A DNA stretch of 64,000 bases from Spirochaetota bacterium (lineage in GTDB: Bacteria > Spirochaetota > UBA6919 > CBDBPB01): positions 288,001 to 352,000 of the forward strand of contig CBDBPB010000004.1 of the NCBI GenBank assembly GCA_965208615.1, read 5' to 3'. Both the position numbers and the translations under genes were made by a program. The notes below the pieces were generated by a model, which ran no database searches, was not told the DNA's origin, and worked only from the letters and a program-made list of their open reading frames with translations. Positions within the stretch are counted from its first letter, which is position 1, and each line of letters opens with the position of its first letter. Positions 1 to 10,263 of this stretch are shown here, piece after piece.

Positions 1-1
1 A

Positions 2-529
2 TTAGTTAGCCTATCAACCTGCTTTAGGCGTGAAGCAGGTACATACGGTAAAGATAGCTATGGATTATATAGAATACACCAGTTCCAAAAAGTAGAACAA
101 GTTATAATATGTAAAAATAGTGTTGAGGAATCTGAAAAACTACACGAAGAACTACTAAACAATGCAGAGGAGTTTTTACAATCTTTAAACCTAGCCTATA
201 GAGTGGTTAACGTTTGTACAGGTGATCTTGGTATGGGACAGGTCTTTAAAAAAGATATAGAAACCTGGATGCCATCAAGACAAAACTATGGTGAAACTCA
301 TTCCTGTTCAATGTTCCATGACTTTCAGGCAAGAAGACTAAATATTAAATATAAAGATAAAAATGGCAACTTAGAATACGTTCACACATTAAATAATACC
401 TGTATAGCATCCCCTCGCATACTAATACCCCTATTAGAGAACTTTCAAAATAAAGATAACAGCATTAATATACCTATACCACTACAGCCATACCTAAATG
501 GACAAACACAAATAAAACCTAAAAATTAA
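2..529 (+). CDS. serS: Seryl-tRNA synthetase, 3' part (truncated by window start)
   Basis: Frame from nt 2 reads STCFRREAGTYGKD..GLYRIHQFQKVE (motif 2), DIETWMPS, DFQARRLNI, HTLNNT. Confidence 0.95.
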   Translation, partial: LVSLSTCFRREAGTYGKDSYGLYRIHQFQKVEQVIICKNSVEESEKLHEELLNNAEEFLQSLNLAYRVVNVCTGDLGMGQVFKKDIETWMPSRQNYGETHSCSMFHDFQARRLNIKYKDKNGNLEYVHTLNNTCIASPRILIPLLENFQNKDNSINIPIPLQPYLNGQTQIKPKN

Positions 530-864
530 GAAACTATACCATCATCATCATGAGCCTCAACCAGCATACCAGGAAAAAGACTCCTTAGCTCATTAATAGC
601 TTCTAAAAATTGAGGTTTATCTTTATTTTCATCAATAGCTAGCTCTTGAAAAAGAGTAATACGCTTTCCATCTTTTCTAGGCCCTTCATCTTCATAAGTC
701 TCAGCCACGTTTTGAAACTCATTAGACCTACTGTCAATAGGTTTATAATTATCTTTTAACAAAGACGAATTCCATTTTGCAATATGACTATCAAGTTTTA
801 CCTGCTCTTCTTGGGTAAAATCATTTTCACGGAATCCTAATAGATAAACACGGTAATCCCTCAT
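526..864 (-). CDS. Hypothetical protein
   Basis: 112-aa ORF with GGAGG Shine-Dalgarno; no family recognised. Confidence 0.7.
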   Translation of the reverse strand: MRDYRVYLLGFRENDFTQEEQVKLDSHIAKWNSSLLKDNYKPIDSRSNEFQNVAETYEDEGPRKDGKRITLFQELAIDENKDKPQFLEAINELRSLFPGMLVEAHDDDGIVS

Positions 865-988
865 ACTTCCTCCGGGATATTGTCCATTTATATAGACTAA
901 TATATTTTAAAAGAATTATCAACTGCTTTTTAGTTTTTATACTCTTAACATAAAAAAATATTTAATAAATCCGCCATATTTAGGCTTG

Positions 989-1888
989 CTATTCTTTTTT
1001 AATTAACTTTCCTTTAATAGAATAAGTATAGACCTTAATCCTACCCTCTTTATCATAGTTATATATTTCATAAAAATCTGGTTTTCCGTTTTCTTTATAG
1101 AAAGTAGTTTTCCACTTTTGCCCGTTTTTATATTCATCTACATACTTAAATAACACAGAGTTTAGCTTATACTGCTCAACTTTAACTTTATTTTCATTAT
1201 CGTCAAAATATGTTTTTGAAGAAAGAAAATTATTATTGTTATAAACAAACATAAACTTAAGAATACCTTTTTTTGTGTATTCTCTTTTCATATAGTAAAT
1301 TAAAGAGTCCTGATTGTTTTTGATTATATAATAACTTTCTTTTATTAATCTATTTTTATTGTCATAAATATATTTTTTTTTAACCTTTTCGTTATCAAAT
1401 AATGAAGCCTGCTTTTCTTCGATTATATTACCCTTTTTATCATAAAGAAAAATGTGGTATCTATCTGGTTCACCTAACTCATTATAAAACTGTTCCTTAG
1501 CCAGTTTTCCTTTATTATAAAATCTAGCAAATATACGTTCACCATCATAGTTAAAGCCCTCAGCACGTACCTTATATTTATCCTTATAAAAAAAGTTAAC
1601 ATAGCTATTACGTTTTCCATATTCATCATAACTTTCCTGCTTAATACTACGCCCATTTTTATCATAATATACCCTAATATGATCCTTATTTTTAGCCTCA
1701 TCCTCAGTTAACAAGCCTAAATAAGTAACACTGCTATCCATGGCAATGCTAAGATCTTTATAATATAAAACTTTTACCCATTTATCCTTTTTTTTAGCAG
1801 GAGGTATAATGGTACTATCATCCTCATCCACACTGCAAAATGAAAATACTATTGTCAATATACTAAATAAATAACCTAGTCTTTTCAT
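989..1888 (-). CDS. Putative lipoprotein with YD/MORN-like beta repeats
   Basis: Signal peptide ending FSF-C; repeated Y(D/N)xxGx(I/L)xxE units. Confidence 0.7.
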   Translation of the reverse strand: MKRLGYLFSILTIVFSFCSVDEDDSTIIPPAKKKDKWVKVLYYKDLSIAMDSSVTYLGLLTEDEAKNKDHIRVYYDKNGRSIKQESYDEYGKRNSYVNFFYKDKYKVRAEGFNYDGERIFARFYNKGKLAKEQFYNELGEPDRYHIFLYDKKGNIIEEKQASLFDNEKVKKKYIYDNKNRLIKESYYIIKNNQDSLIYYMKREYTKKGILKFMFVYNNNNFLSSKTYFDDNENKVKVEQYKLNSVLFKYVDEYKNGQKWKTTFYKENGKPDFYEIYNYDKEGRIKVYTYSIKGKLIKKE

Positions 1889-1890
1889 AG

Positions 1891-3195
1891 TTAACCCTTT
1901 GAAGAAATTGAAACCTTATCCAAAAGGGCATAGGGATAAAATCCACTTGCCTCTCTATAAAGCTTATCACCTATAGCTAAAACCTTAGTCAATGCCTTAA
2001 ATACGTTTCCACTCATCATAACGTCCTTAACCCTACCGAGAATCTTTCCATTTTCAATCTTAAACGCTAAATCAAGATTCATAGAAAACTCTCCAGCTAA
2101 TACATTACTCTGTCCAGCACCAATAAACTGGTCGACCAATAAGCCCTCATCTACACTAGATAATAAAGCCTCATAACTATCACTACCAGGCTCTAAAACA
2201 ATATTCCTAAATCCAGGATATGGAGTGCTAGAATATCCCCTTAAACCATTACCAGTAGAGCTCTTATTCAATAAACCAGCTGTTTGGAGGTCATATATAA
2301 AACCATTAAGCACCCCTTTATTAAATAATATATTCCTCTTAGTTTTAGTACCCTCTCCATCAAAAGGTGCACTAGCTAAACCATCCCTTATAGTACCATC
2401 ATCAACTATAGTAATATCCTTAGATATAAGCTTTTGATTAAGCTTGTTAGAAAGGGGAGATATTCCCTTTTGAATACTTTTTCCATTTAGACCGCTGGTA
2501 AGAATTGTTATTAAAACTCTAAATGCCCTTGGCGTAAAGATAACCTTATAATTACCCGTCTTAATATTATAATTTTTAGAAGCTAAACTAAACTTATCTA
2601 AAATATCAAAAATAAGCCTATCAATATTATAATCATCTATAAAAGGACGTAGTCTAACCTTTGAGCTATATATAGACAGTAATTGATCATCCTTAGCAAT
2701 AATACCACTTATACCTATAGAAAAAAATGACTTTTTATAATTATGAAAAAAACCCTCGGATGTCTTAAGATATACTTGATGTATCTCTTTAGTAATCTCA
2801 GTATCCACCTTAATATTACTATTATATTCTTTTATTTTGTTAATAATATATTGTCCAATATCAATGATGGTATTAGTTTTTAACCCTTCTACTTCGGAAT
2901 AGTATAAGGTATTATTATTTAGATTATTATTACTTTTAGCAAAAGTAAAACATGCCTTTTCTCCAAACTTAGCACTCTCTAATGCCCTTTTTATTAGCCT
3001 ATCATCGCTTAGGTCGTTTGAAAAAGAAAAACCAATTTTTCCATTATGAATAACCCTAAGCCCAATACCCTGTGAATAACTATTCTCAATCTTTTTAAAG
3101 CTACCCTGCTCAAATATAACAGAGAGTTCTTCGCCAAGACATTTAATAATTTCAATATCCTTTTGTTTATCAAAGCCTATATTAAAAATATCCAT
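1891..3195 (-). CDS. pmbA: TldE/PmbA family protein
   Basis: GIGLRVI..GKIGFS, PFDGEG, STGNG, GEFS; directly downstream of tldD. Confidence 0.9.
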   Translation of the reverse strand: MDIFNIGFDKQKDIEIIKCLGEELSVIFEQGSFKKIENSYSQGIGLRVIHNGKIGFSFSNDLSDDRLIKRALESAKFGEKACFTFAKSNNNLNNNTLYYSEVEGLKTNTIIDIGQYIINKIKEYNSNIKVDTEITKEIHQVYLKTSEGFFHNYKKSFFSIGISGIIAKDDQLLSIYSSKVRLRPFIDDYNIDRLIFDILDKFSLASKNYNIKTGNYKVIFTPRAFRVLITILTSGLNGKSIQKGISPLSNKLNQKLISKDITIVDDGTIRDGLASAPFDGEGTKTKRNILFNKGVLNGFIYDLQTAGLLNKSSTGNGLRGYSSTPYPGFRNIVLEPGSDSYEALLSSVDEGLLVDQFIGAGQSNVLAGEFSMNLDLAFKIENGKILGRVKDVMMSGNVFKALTKVLAIGDKLYREASGFYPYALLDKVSISSKG

Positions 3196-3209
3196 TTTAT
3201 TTACCAGTT

Positions 3210-4571
3210 TTATTTACCAGCTACTACAACATCCCCAACTAAAATATGAGGAGCCCCAATAGTAACAGGAAGTCCATTTTGTCCCGCTTTACCACAACCA
3301 CCAAGACCTCCAAAATGCCTTAGATCATTGCCAATAGCCTTAATATTCTTAAGAGTATTAAAAACATTTCCAGTTAAAACCACATCACGTAATAACCTTT
3401 TAATTTTACCACCCTTTACTTCATATGCTCTTCCAGCAGTAAAAGTAAACATTTCTAAATTAGTCATTCCTCCAAGAAAGTCAATACAATAAACTCCATC
3501 GCCCATAATACTTAAGAGCTGTTCAAAGGTATAGTCCCCTTTATCAATAAAAGTATTAGTCATTCTTACAATAGGGGGATATAATGGATTAATTGCTCTT
3601 GCATTACCAGATAAGCCTTCTCTTAGCTTATAAGCGGTTTCCCGGGAGTTAAGTCTTCCAAATAACCTACCATCCTTAATTAAATAAGTTTTTTTTCCTT
3701 TAATACCCTCATCATCATAAGGCGTATGCCCAGCTAAACCCTCTATGGTAGCATCATCTATAATATTTAGCTTATTAGAAGCAAATTCTCTTCCTATAGT
3801 CATCATTTTTTGTATATCTTCGTTCTCATAAATAAAATCAGACTCAGATAGATGTCCAAATGCCTCATGAGCAAATACACCAGCCATCTTAGGGTCAAGA
3901 ATTACATTATAAACTCCCTTTTCAACCTGTTTAGCGGATAACAAATCAATAGCGTTTTTAGAAACCTTATCACAATAAGACTCTTTATCCTCTACCACGT
4001 CAAAGCCATAATAACCAGCATCAGAATAAGATGAATGTTGAATATTCATATCATCCTTTGCCATGGCAGATAATGATATACCAGTAAAAAGTTTTTCTAT
4101 CTCAATAGAACTGCCTTCAGAATTAACAAAATACGACCTTTTAAGTTCATCTTTATAGCTCACCCTAGAACTATTAATTTTGTTATGTGCCAATATTCTA
4201 TTGTTATACCCCTCCATAAGATTAACCTTCTCATCCAGGGGGATTTCATTAGAGTTTTTTTCATTAGAATATTTAAGTGATTTTTTTATAACTCCCTCAG
4301 ACTTTAATAGAGAGTTTTTTTTGCTGTTAAAATATTTAAGATTATCCAGGGCCTTTTTAATATGTTTTTCAATATCTTTATCGTTAAAAGATATAAATGA
4401 CCAATCCCCATTCTTAAACACCCTAACATTACCAGAGGATACTTTAGCAGATCCAACATTATCAAGTTCTTTTCCGAGATATCCTATATAGTTAAATTCT
4501 TTTTCTTCAAAGTGAATTTCTATATAATTATCCGAATATTTATTTATTACCTTTTCTAATAGTTCTTTCAT
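3210..4571 (-). CDS. tldD: TldD family metalloprotease
   Basis: HEAFGH zinc motif, YDDEG, SGNAR, PIVRMTNT, GGCGKAGQ. Confidence 0.92.
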   Translation of the reverse strand: MKELLEKVINKYSDNYIEIHFEEKEFNYIGYLGKELDNVGSAKVSSGNVRVFKNGDWSFISFNDKDIEKHIKKALDNLKYFNSKKNSLLKSEGVIKKSLKYSNEKNSNEIPLDEKVNLMEGYNNRILAHNKINSSRVSYKDELKRSYFVNSEGSSIEIEKLFTGISLSAMAKDDMNIQHSSYSDAGYYGFDVVEDKESYCDKVSKNAIDLLSAKQVEKGVYNVILDPKMAGVFAHEAFGHLSESDFIYENEDIQKMMTIGREFASNKLNIIDDATIEGLAGHTPYDDEGIKGKKTYLIKDGRLFGRLNSRETAYKLREGLSGNARAINPLYPPIVRMTNTFIDKGDYTFEQLLSIMGDGVYCIDFLGGMTNLEMFTFTAGRAYEVKGGKIKRLLRDVVLTGNVFNTLKNIKAIGNDLRHFGGLGGCGKAGQNGLPVTIGAPHILVGDVVVAGK

Positions 4572-4902
4572 AATCAACCCTGTTAAAAGGTATAATAGTT
4601 ATACAAAAACATACAAAAAAAGAGTTTCTTTGTCAACACGTTTAACAGCTATAGTAAATAATATTAGAAATATACTATTATAATTATAACTAACTAATTA
4701 ATAACTTATTTTATAAGTTATCCTTATATTACTATGTTTTATATATACTATGTTATGCATATAAAGTCAACATGTTGTTAATCAGCCTAATAACGAAAAT
4801 AACTATCGTTAACTAAAACTTGCATAATAGTCTTATCTTATAATATTACTAACAAAAACAGCTTGAAAATTGTTGTAGTTTTTATTAATATGTAGATTGC
4901 TT

Positions 4903-4983
4903 TATAGTATCAACAAAAATGGCTTAAATATAGTATCAACAAAAATGGCTTAAATATAGTATCAACAAAAATGGCTTAAATAT
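4903..4983. repeat. Perfect tandem repeat, 3 x 26 bp (TATAGTATCAACAAAAATGGCTTAAA) plus 3 nt
   Basis: Units at 4903-4928, 4929-4954, 4955-4980, abutting the ATG at 4982. Confidence 0.97.
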
Positions 4984-7126
4984 GGAAATTATTAAACGTG
5001 GTACAATATTACCACAAGAAGAAGTAGTTGCTAATAAAATACGCCAACTACCAAACAACTGGTGGTGTATTGCAGGAGATAGTAATAGGTTTACCTTTAA
5101 AAAAGGTTATGGTAGTCAAATAGATTTCTTAATTATATCCCCAAAGGGAGTTTTTTTAATTGACTCCAAAAATGTTAGTACCATAGAACTTAGTGAAGGT
5201 AATCTAGTAAGTTTTTATAATTCATCAGGCAAGCAAATTAGAAAAAAACGAGAAAATCCTGTTGAAGAAGTAATAGAAAATAAATATAATGCAAAAGACT
5301 GGCTTAGAAATAAAGGTATTAAAGACCTATTAACCCCCGATAACAAAGATTTAAAAGTATATATACACGGATTAGTTGTTATCTCTAACGATAACGTAAA
5401 ATATAAAAATTGTAGTCTAAAACAGTTAAACTATTACTCTCATAAATATAAAACATTAATCCCAATAGAAGAGCTAAATAAAGACTTTTTTGAATCTATT
5501 GATCTCCCTCCAAACTGCAAAAAACTAACCAAAGAAGAAATGTGGACTCTATATAAAATATTTTATAACCCCGATATGAACTTTTCTCAAATCCTTACAG
5601 AGGTTAAGCGTGAGGCTGATTCTTTAGTACAAGAAAAATATGTCTTTTTTGAGAAGGTACGTATTTTAGAAAATGAAAACCTTAACCTAAATAAAAAGGT
5701 TGATGAGCTTGAGGGTACTAGGAATAACCTTATTACAATGAACCAAGACCTTAATGATAAAACTAACCTACTAGACAATCAAGTAAAATCTTTATCCAAG
5801 GAAATAGCCTTATCTAAAGAGTTAAACAAAATATTAAAAGAAGGAAATACTAAATATGAAAATATTGAAAATGACCTAAAAATAACTACTGATAAAGCTA
5901 ATACCCTTAGAGCAAAAATAATAATATTAGAATCAGAAAATAAAAAACTTATAAAAAAAACAGAAAAACAAAAACAACATAATCAACTAACCATTTTTAA
6001 AATTACATCAGTAATATTAGCCAGCTTATTAAGTATATGGGTAATATATTTCTTTGTAAAAGTACCCACTAATAACGGTATTATAGAGGTTTATGGCTCT
6101 AGAAAGATATTTTATAGATTAGAGAAATACTACCCCTCCATTAGAAAGCTATATGAAAATAAGAACTATAATAAAGCAATTCAATTTTGGCAAAATAATG
6201 TATTAGCCGGTAAAGATTTTAAATCTCAGGATATGCATGGCTATGATAATATTTTTTTCTATTTGGCAGTATCTTATCAAAAGAAAGGCTCTTTGGATAA
6301 TGCTATAAAATATTATGATATTTTTACTGAGCTTTCCCAAAATAGAAACCATAAAAAACTACTAGAGGCATACCTTAATAGAGTAGATATACATAAAAAA
6401 AAGAAGGATATACCTCGTGCTATAGGGGCTTTACAGGATGCTAAAGAAATTGTAAAAAATATATTTAAAAACTCCAATGAAAAACCTTTATGGGATATCC
6501 GTATTTATAACTCATTAGCAGGAGTTTATAGGCTGGTTGGGAGTTTACGCCTTGCTGAGCAAAAGGACCTGGGTATAAAAAATCCATATGAGTTGGCTAT
6601 GACTAATTATTATAATGCTATTAGAATAGCGTCTAGGGTTAAAAATTATATTGTTGAATCAAAGGTTCTTTTAGAAATTGCAAATATGTTTTTAAAGGAT
6701 AAAAAAGACTATAGAAGAGCCATTAAAAAGTTTGATGCCATTATTACCTTTTTAAAAAAAAATAAAAACAACTTTGACAAGGCTGATAAAAACTCTATAG
6801 ATAGAATAAGAATGACCGTATATCATGGTTTGGGAGTTGCTTTCGCTAATATAAATAATAATATTAATGCTGAACAAAACTACTTAACCGCTATTGAGAT
6901 TAGTGAAAATTATAAAGATAAAATATATGAGGCCACTTTTAGACTTAATCTTGCTAATTTGTATAAACATCTCAAAAAATATAGTAAGGCACAATATCAG
7001 ATTGAAAAAGCATATAGTATTGCCCAAAAGCTTTATAAACAAAAAAAGCTTTCACAGCCCTACTTTGATAGATATGCTGATACGCTTGATCAGCTCACTA
7101 AGTTATATAAAATTAACAATAAGTAA
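4982..7126 (+). CDS. NERD-domain / coiled-coil / single TM / TPR protein
   Basis: QIDFLIISPKGVFLIDSKN (NERD-like), heptad-rich region ~aa 205-335, TM ITSVILASLLSIWVIYFFV, C-terminal TPR-like helices (YNSLAGVY, YHGLGVAF, NLANLY). Confidence 0.8.
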   Translation: MEIIKRGTILPQEEVVANKIRQLPNNWWCIAGDSNRFTFKKGYGSQIDFLIISPKGVFLIDSKNVSTIELSEGNLVSFYNSSGKQIRKKRENPVEEVIENKYNAKDWLRNKGIKDLLTPDNKDLKVYIHGLVVISNDNVKYKNCSLKQLNYYSHKYKTLIPIEELNKDFFESIDLPPNCKKLTKEEMWTLYKIFYNPDMNFSQILTEVKREADSLVQEKYVFFEKVRILENENLNLNKKVDELEGTRNNLITMNQDLNDKTNLLDNQVKSLSKEIALSKELNKILKEGNTKYENIENDLKITTDKANTLRAKIIILESENKKLIKKTEKQKQHNQLTIFKITSVILASLLSIWVIYFFVKVPTNNGIIEVYGSRKIFYRLEKYYPSIRKLYENKNYNKAIQFWQNNVLAGKDFKSQDMHGYDNIFFYLAVSYQKKGSLDNAIKYYDIFTELSQNRNHKKLLEAYLNRVDIHKKKKDIPRAIGALQDAKEIVKNIFKNSNEKPLWDIRIYNSLAGVYRLVGSLRLAEQKDLGIKNPYELAMTNYYNAIRIASRVKNYIVESKVLLEIANMFLKDKKDYRRAIKKFDAIITFLKKNKNNFDKADKNSIDRIRMTVYHGLGVAFANINNNINAEQNYLTAIEISENYKDKIYEATFRLNLANLYKHLKKYSKAQYQIEKAYSIAQKLYKQKKLSQPYFDRYADTLDQLTKLYKINNK

Positions 7127-7189
7127 GCCTTTATAAAATATAATGTTTATTATTAGTATATTAAAACTATTATATATATGGGGGATTTT

Positions 7190-7852
7190 ATGCATAACAT
7201 TGGTGTTGTCTTATCTGGATGCGGGGTATACGATGGGAGTGAGATTCACGAGGCTGTATTAACCCTTTTATCTATTGACAAAGTTAATGCTAAGGCTATT
7301 ATTATGGCTCCTGATATTGATCAGATGCATGTGATTAATCACCTAACTGGTCAAGTAGCTAACAACGAAAGTCGAAACGTTTTAGCGGAATCTGCACGAA
7401 TTGCCAGAGGAGATATTAAAAATATTAAAGATATTTCCCAAAAAGACCTAGATGCTCTTATATTCCCAGGTGGATTTGGTGCGGCTAAAAACTTGTCTAA
7501 CTTTGCTGTTAAAGGAAATGAATGCTCCGTAAATGAACAGGTCATAAGGCTCTTTAAAGAAATGGTTAATGCTAAAAAGCCTATAGGTGCTGTATGTATT
7601 GCTCCTGTTATTACCGCTAAGGCCTTTGAGAGTACTAATACTAAAGTCAGCCTAACCATTGGCAGTGACAAGGATACAGCTTCTGCAGTAGAAAGAATGG
7701 GAGCTAAACATATTAATTGTCCAGCTAAAGAGGTTGTTATTGATAAAGAAAATAAAATTATATCTACTCCTGCGTATATGTTGGACAGTAGAATATCTGA
7801 GGTTGCAGAAGGAATTGATAAGCTGGTAGGTGCAATAGTTAATATGATATAG
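7190..7852 (+). CDS. elbB: ElbB/ES1 family glyoxalase (DJ-1 superfamily)
   Basis: LSGCGVYDGSEIHEA, ESARIARG, PGGFGAAKNLS, CIAP, STPAYM. Confidence 0.93.
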   Translation: MHNIGVVLSGCGVYDGSEIHEAVLTLLSIDKVNAKAIIMAPDIDQMHVINHLTGQVANNESRNVLAESARIARGDIKNIKDISQKDLDALIFPGGFGAAKNLSNFAVKGNECSVNEQVIRLFKEMVNAKKPIGAVCIAPVITAKAFESTNTKVSLTIGSDKDTASAVERMGAKHINCPAKEVVIDKENKIISTPAYMLDSRISEVAEGIDKLVGAIVNMI

Positions 7853-8624
7853 TATTTAGGGCGGATAATGCTGTTTGAATAAGTTTTTTATGAGCTTGTT
7901 TAATTGCCTTGCCTTTAAAGCAAGGTAGCCATTTATTATCTATAATTAAATCACTTACTGCGAAAATAGATGCTATATGAACTTTATGATATTGTGCTAT
8001 TGCAAATAATGATGCTGACTCCATATCAATACATATTGCATTTTTTTGTTTATAAAAATTAACTATTTTACTAGTCTCTCTATATGGAGTCGAGATTGTT
8101 AATGAATTTCCTGTTTTATAGTTTAGGCTATTTTTGATTAATGTATTCTCTATTATATTTGTGAGAGTCTTTGAGGAAGATATTTTATCTTTATTTTGTG
8201 TATAGAGCTTTGCTATACCTTCTTTGCTATAAGATGAAATAGGGATTATTATATCATAGTGGCATAACTTATTAGATATTCCACAGGCAAGCCCAATAGA
8301 TATTATAAAGTTAACACCACAAAAAATAAGTTCTTCTAATACCATGCTTGCAAGGTTTGCACCAAAAGGAAGACTAACTAATAATATGGGCTTATCGTTA
8401 TAATTAAATATGCTAAGTTTAACATAATCCCCTAACCATAAAATATTTTTCTCTGTAGAAAACCTTTTATTTATGTAAGAAGGTGATTGAACAAAAAAAG
8501 ATAATATTGCGTACTTAGGAATATTTTTTAATAGCTGGTTATATCCTTTACCCAGCCTAATAGATAGAATATCCTTAGGATTAATTATTGAACTATCATT
8601 ATTAATTTGTTTTTCAAAATGCAT
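7839..8624 (-). CDS. Nucleoside phosphorylase family protein
   Basis: FGANLASMVLEEL, IGLACG, TPYRET, DMESASL, VSD. Confidence 0.8.
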   Translation of the reverse strand: MHFEKQINNDSSIINPKDILSIRLGKGYNQLLKNIPKYAILSFFVQSPSYINKRFSTEKNILWLGDYVKLSIFNYNDKPILLVSLPFGANLASMVLEELIFCGVNFIISIGLACGISNKLCHYDIIIPISSYSKEGIAKLYTQNKDKISSSKTLTNIIENTLIKNSLNYKTGNSLTISTPYRETSKIVNFYKQKNAICIDMESASLFAIAQYHKVHIASIFAVSDLIIDNKWLPCFKGKAIKQAHKKLIQTALSALNTISY

Positions 8625-8708
8625 TATTATATCCGATTAATATTATCCTTAGTTGTTAAATATAGCAAATTAAAAAGATTGTAGTAAAATAGACTCTTAG
8701 GACTACTT

Positions 8709-9632
8709 ATGAAAAAAATAATTTTATTTATACTAATTATACTAAATACTGGGCTAATTCTTAAATGCGAAGATAATGACTATCCTAAATACTATAAAAA
8801 ACGAAGGTGGTGCAAAAAAACTAAAGAATTTAGTTATAGAATGCCTATAGAAGAAACTAAGGCGAAAAAAAACTTCAATAAGCTGTTTAAAAAAGGGAAT
8901 TATATTGTTCACGGACAATTTAAAGATCCAGAATATCCTATTGGAAACTGGTTTTACTATGACTCAAAAAATAGAGTGGCTAAAGAAGAGGCTTATAAAA
9001 ACGCCTATATAGCTGATGAGTTCGTCTATGAGTATGATAGTAATTCTAATAAGCTCTCTGAAACACATTATGTTTATAGTGATAAATCTGAAAAGAGGCT
9101 TCGTATTAAGTCTGAATATAGTTATGACTACAAGATTAAAAAAAAAGGTCTATTAATTGAGGCAAGGCACTACAATGCGGCAAGACTGGATGAGGTTATA
9201 AGGTATGAATACTTAAACAATGGACTCCTAAGAAAAAAAAGTCTTTACTTATATGATAACAGACTAAAAAGTTATAATTTATATAGCTATAATCCAAGTG
9301 GACTACTTAAACAGGAAAAAATATATACAACAAAAGGCCTAGAGAAAAATGCCGTATATAAACTTAATCTAGTTATAACCTATAGTTATAACAATAAAAA
9401 TAGCTTAGTTAAACGAGAAAAATATAAGCCTAATAAAGGCGATTATAATAAGCTGGTTGATATTTCAGAATATACCTATAACAAAAAGGATAACCTTATT
9501 AAAAAAGTAGATCTTAACTCAAAAAAAGAAAAGTTATCAGAAATCCGTTTATACTACGATAAATATAACTGCAAGTCTAAAGAGGAGTACTATAACGGAA
9601 AAGGTGAATTAGAAGATATAAAAAACTTTTAA
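8709..9632 (+). CDS. Putative exported/lipoprotein with YD-like repeats
   Basis: Signal peptide ending ILK-C; repeated YxY(D/N)xxGxLxxE units. Confidence 0.7.
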   Translation: MKKIILFILIILNTGLILKCEDNDYPKYYKKRRWCKKTKEFSYRMPIEETKAKKNFNKLFKKGNYIVHGQFKDPEYPIGNWFYYDSKNRVAKEEAYKNAYIADEFVYEYDSNSNKLSETHYVYSDKSEKRLRIKSEYSYDYKIKKKGLLIEARHYNAARLDEVIRYEYLNNGLLRKKSLYLYDNRLKSYNLYSYNPSGLLKQEKIYTTKGLEKNAVYKLNLVITYSYNNKNSLVKREKYKPNKGDYNKLVDISEYTYNKKDNLIKKVDLNSKKEKLSEIRLYYDKYNCKSKEEYYNGKGELEDIKNF

Positions 9633-9659
9633 TATAGCCTTTTATAAAAATAAGATTTT

Positions 9660-9956
9660 CTATAAAGTGTTATCTTGTTTTTTTAAGAAATTAAATTCTT
9701 TTGATAGAAGGTTGCCAATAGTTTTTGCCGCGGCCTCAGAATCCTCGCCAATAGCCTCTATAGTAAGTTCAGTGCCATAGCTTGCGGCTAATGTCAAAAG
9801 GTCTAGTATACTTTTTCCGTTTACTTTTAAATCACCCTTTTGAATATAAATATCGCTAACAAACTGATTTGCTACTTCTATAATCTGCATAGATGGTCTA
9901 GCGTGTATACCATCATGATTTTTTACTATAACCTTAACCAAAAAACTATTTTCCAT
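9660..9956 (-). CDS. ptsH: Phosphocarrier protein HPr
   Basis: GIHARPS (His15 motif) and GKSILDLLTL (Ser46 motif). Confidence 0.93.
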   Translation of the reverse strand: MENSFLVKVIVKNHDGIHARPSMQIIEVANQFVSDIYIQKGDLKVNGKSILDLLTLAASYGTELTIEAIGEDSEAAAKTIGNLLSKEFNFLKKQDNTL

Positions 9957-10263
9957 ATAAAAAATACAGAGAATTAAACAATTTTTTTTTAAAGCTAATT
10001 TTTTATAACTAAAGTGTCAAGATTATATAGTAATATTTTTTTTATTATTAGCTCATATTACAAAAAATAACTAAAAATATTGGCTCGAAAATAAAAATAG
10101 CTTCTCTTAGCAAATATTTTAGCACTATTAATCGATTTATGAAAAATAAATTAAATAATAAAGGCATCTATAGTAGATTATTTTATAAATAGCCTGCCCT
10201 ATTTGTTAATAAGGCTAGCTATATTATAAAATATTATAGTTAATATAACTTAGCTATTATCGA

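Noticed and set aside
989-1888. RHS toxin system
   Set aside because: No RHS core signature or toxin domain; the downstream 112-aa ORF has no immunity evidence
4903-4983. CRISPR array
   Set aside because: Repeats are contiguous with no spacers and no cas genes are nearby
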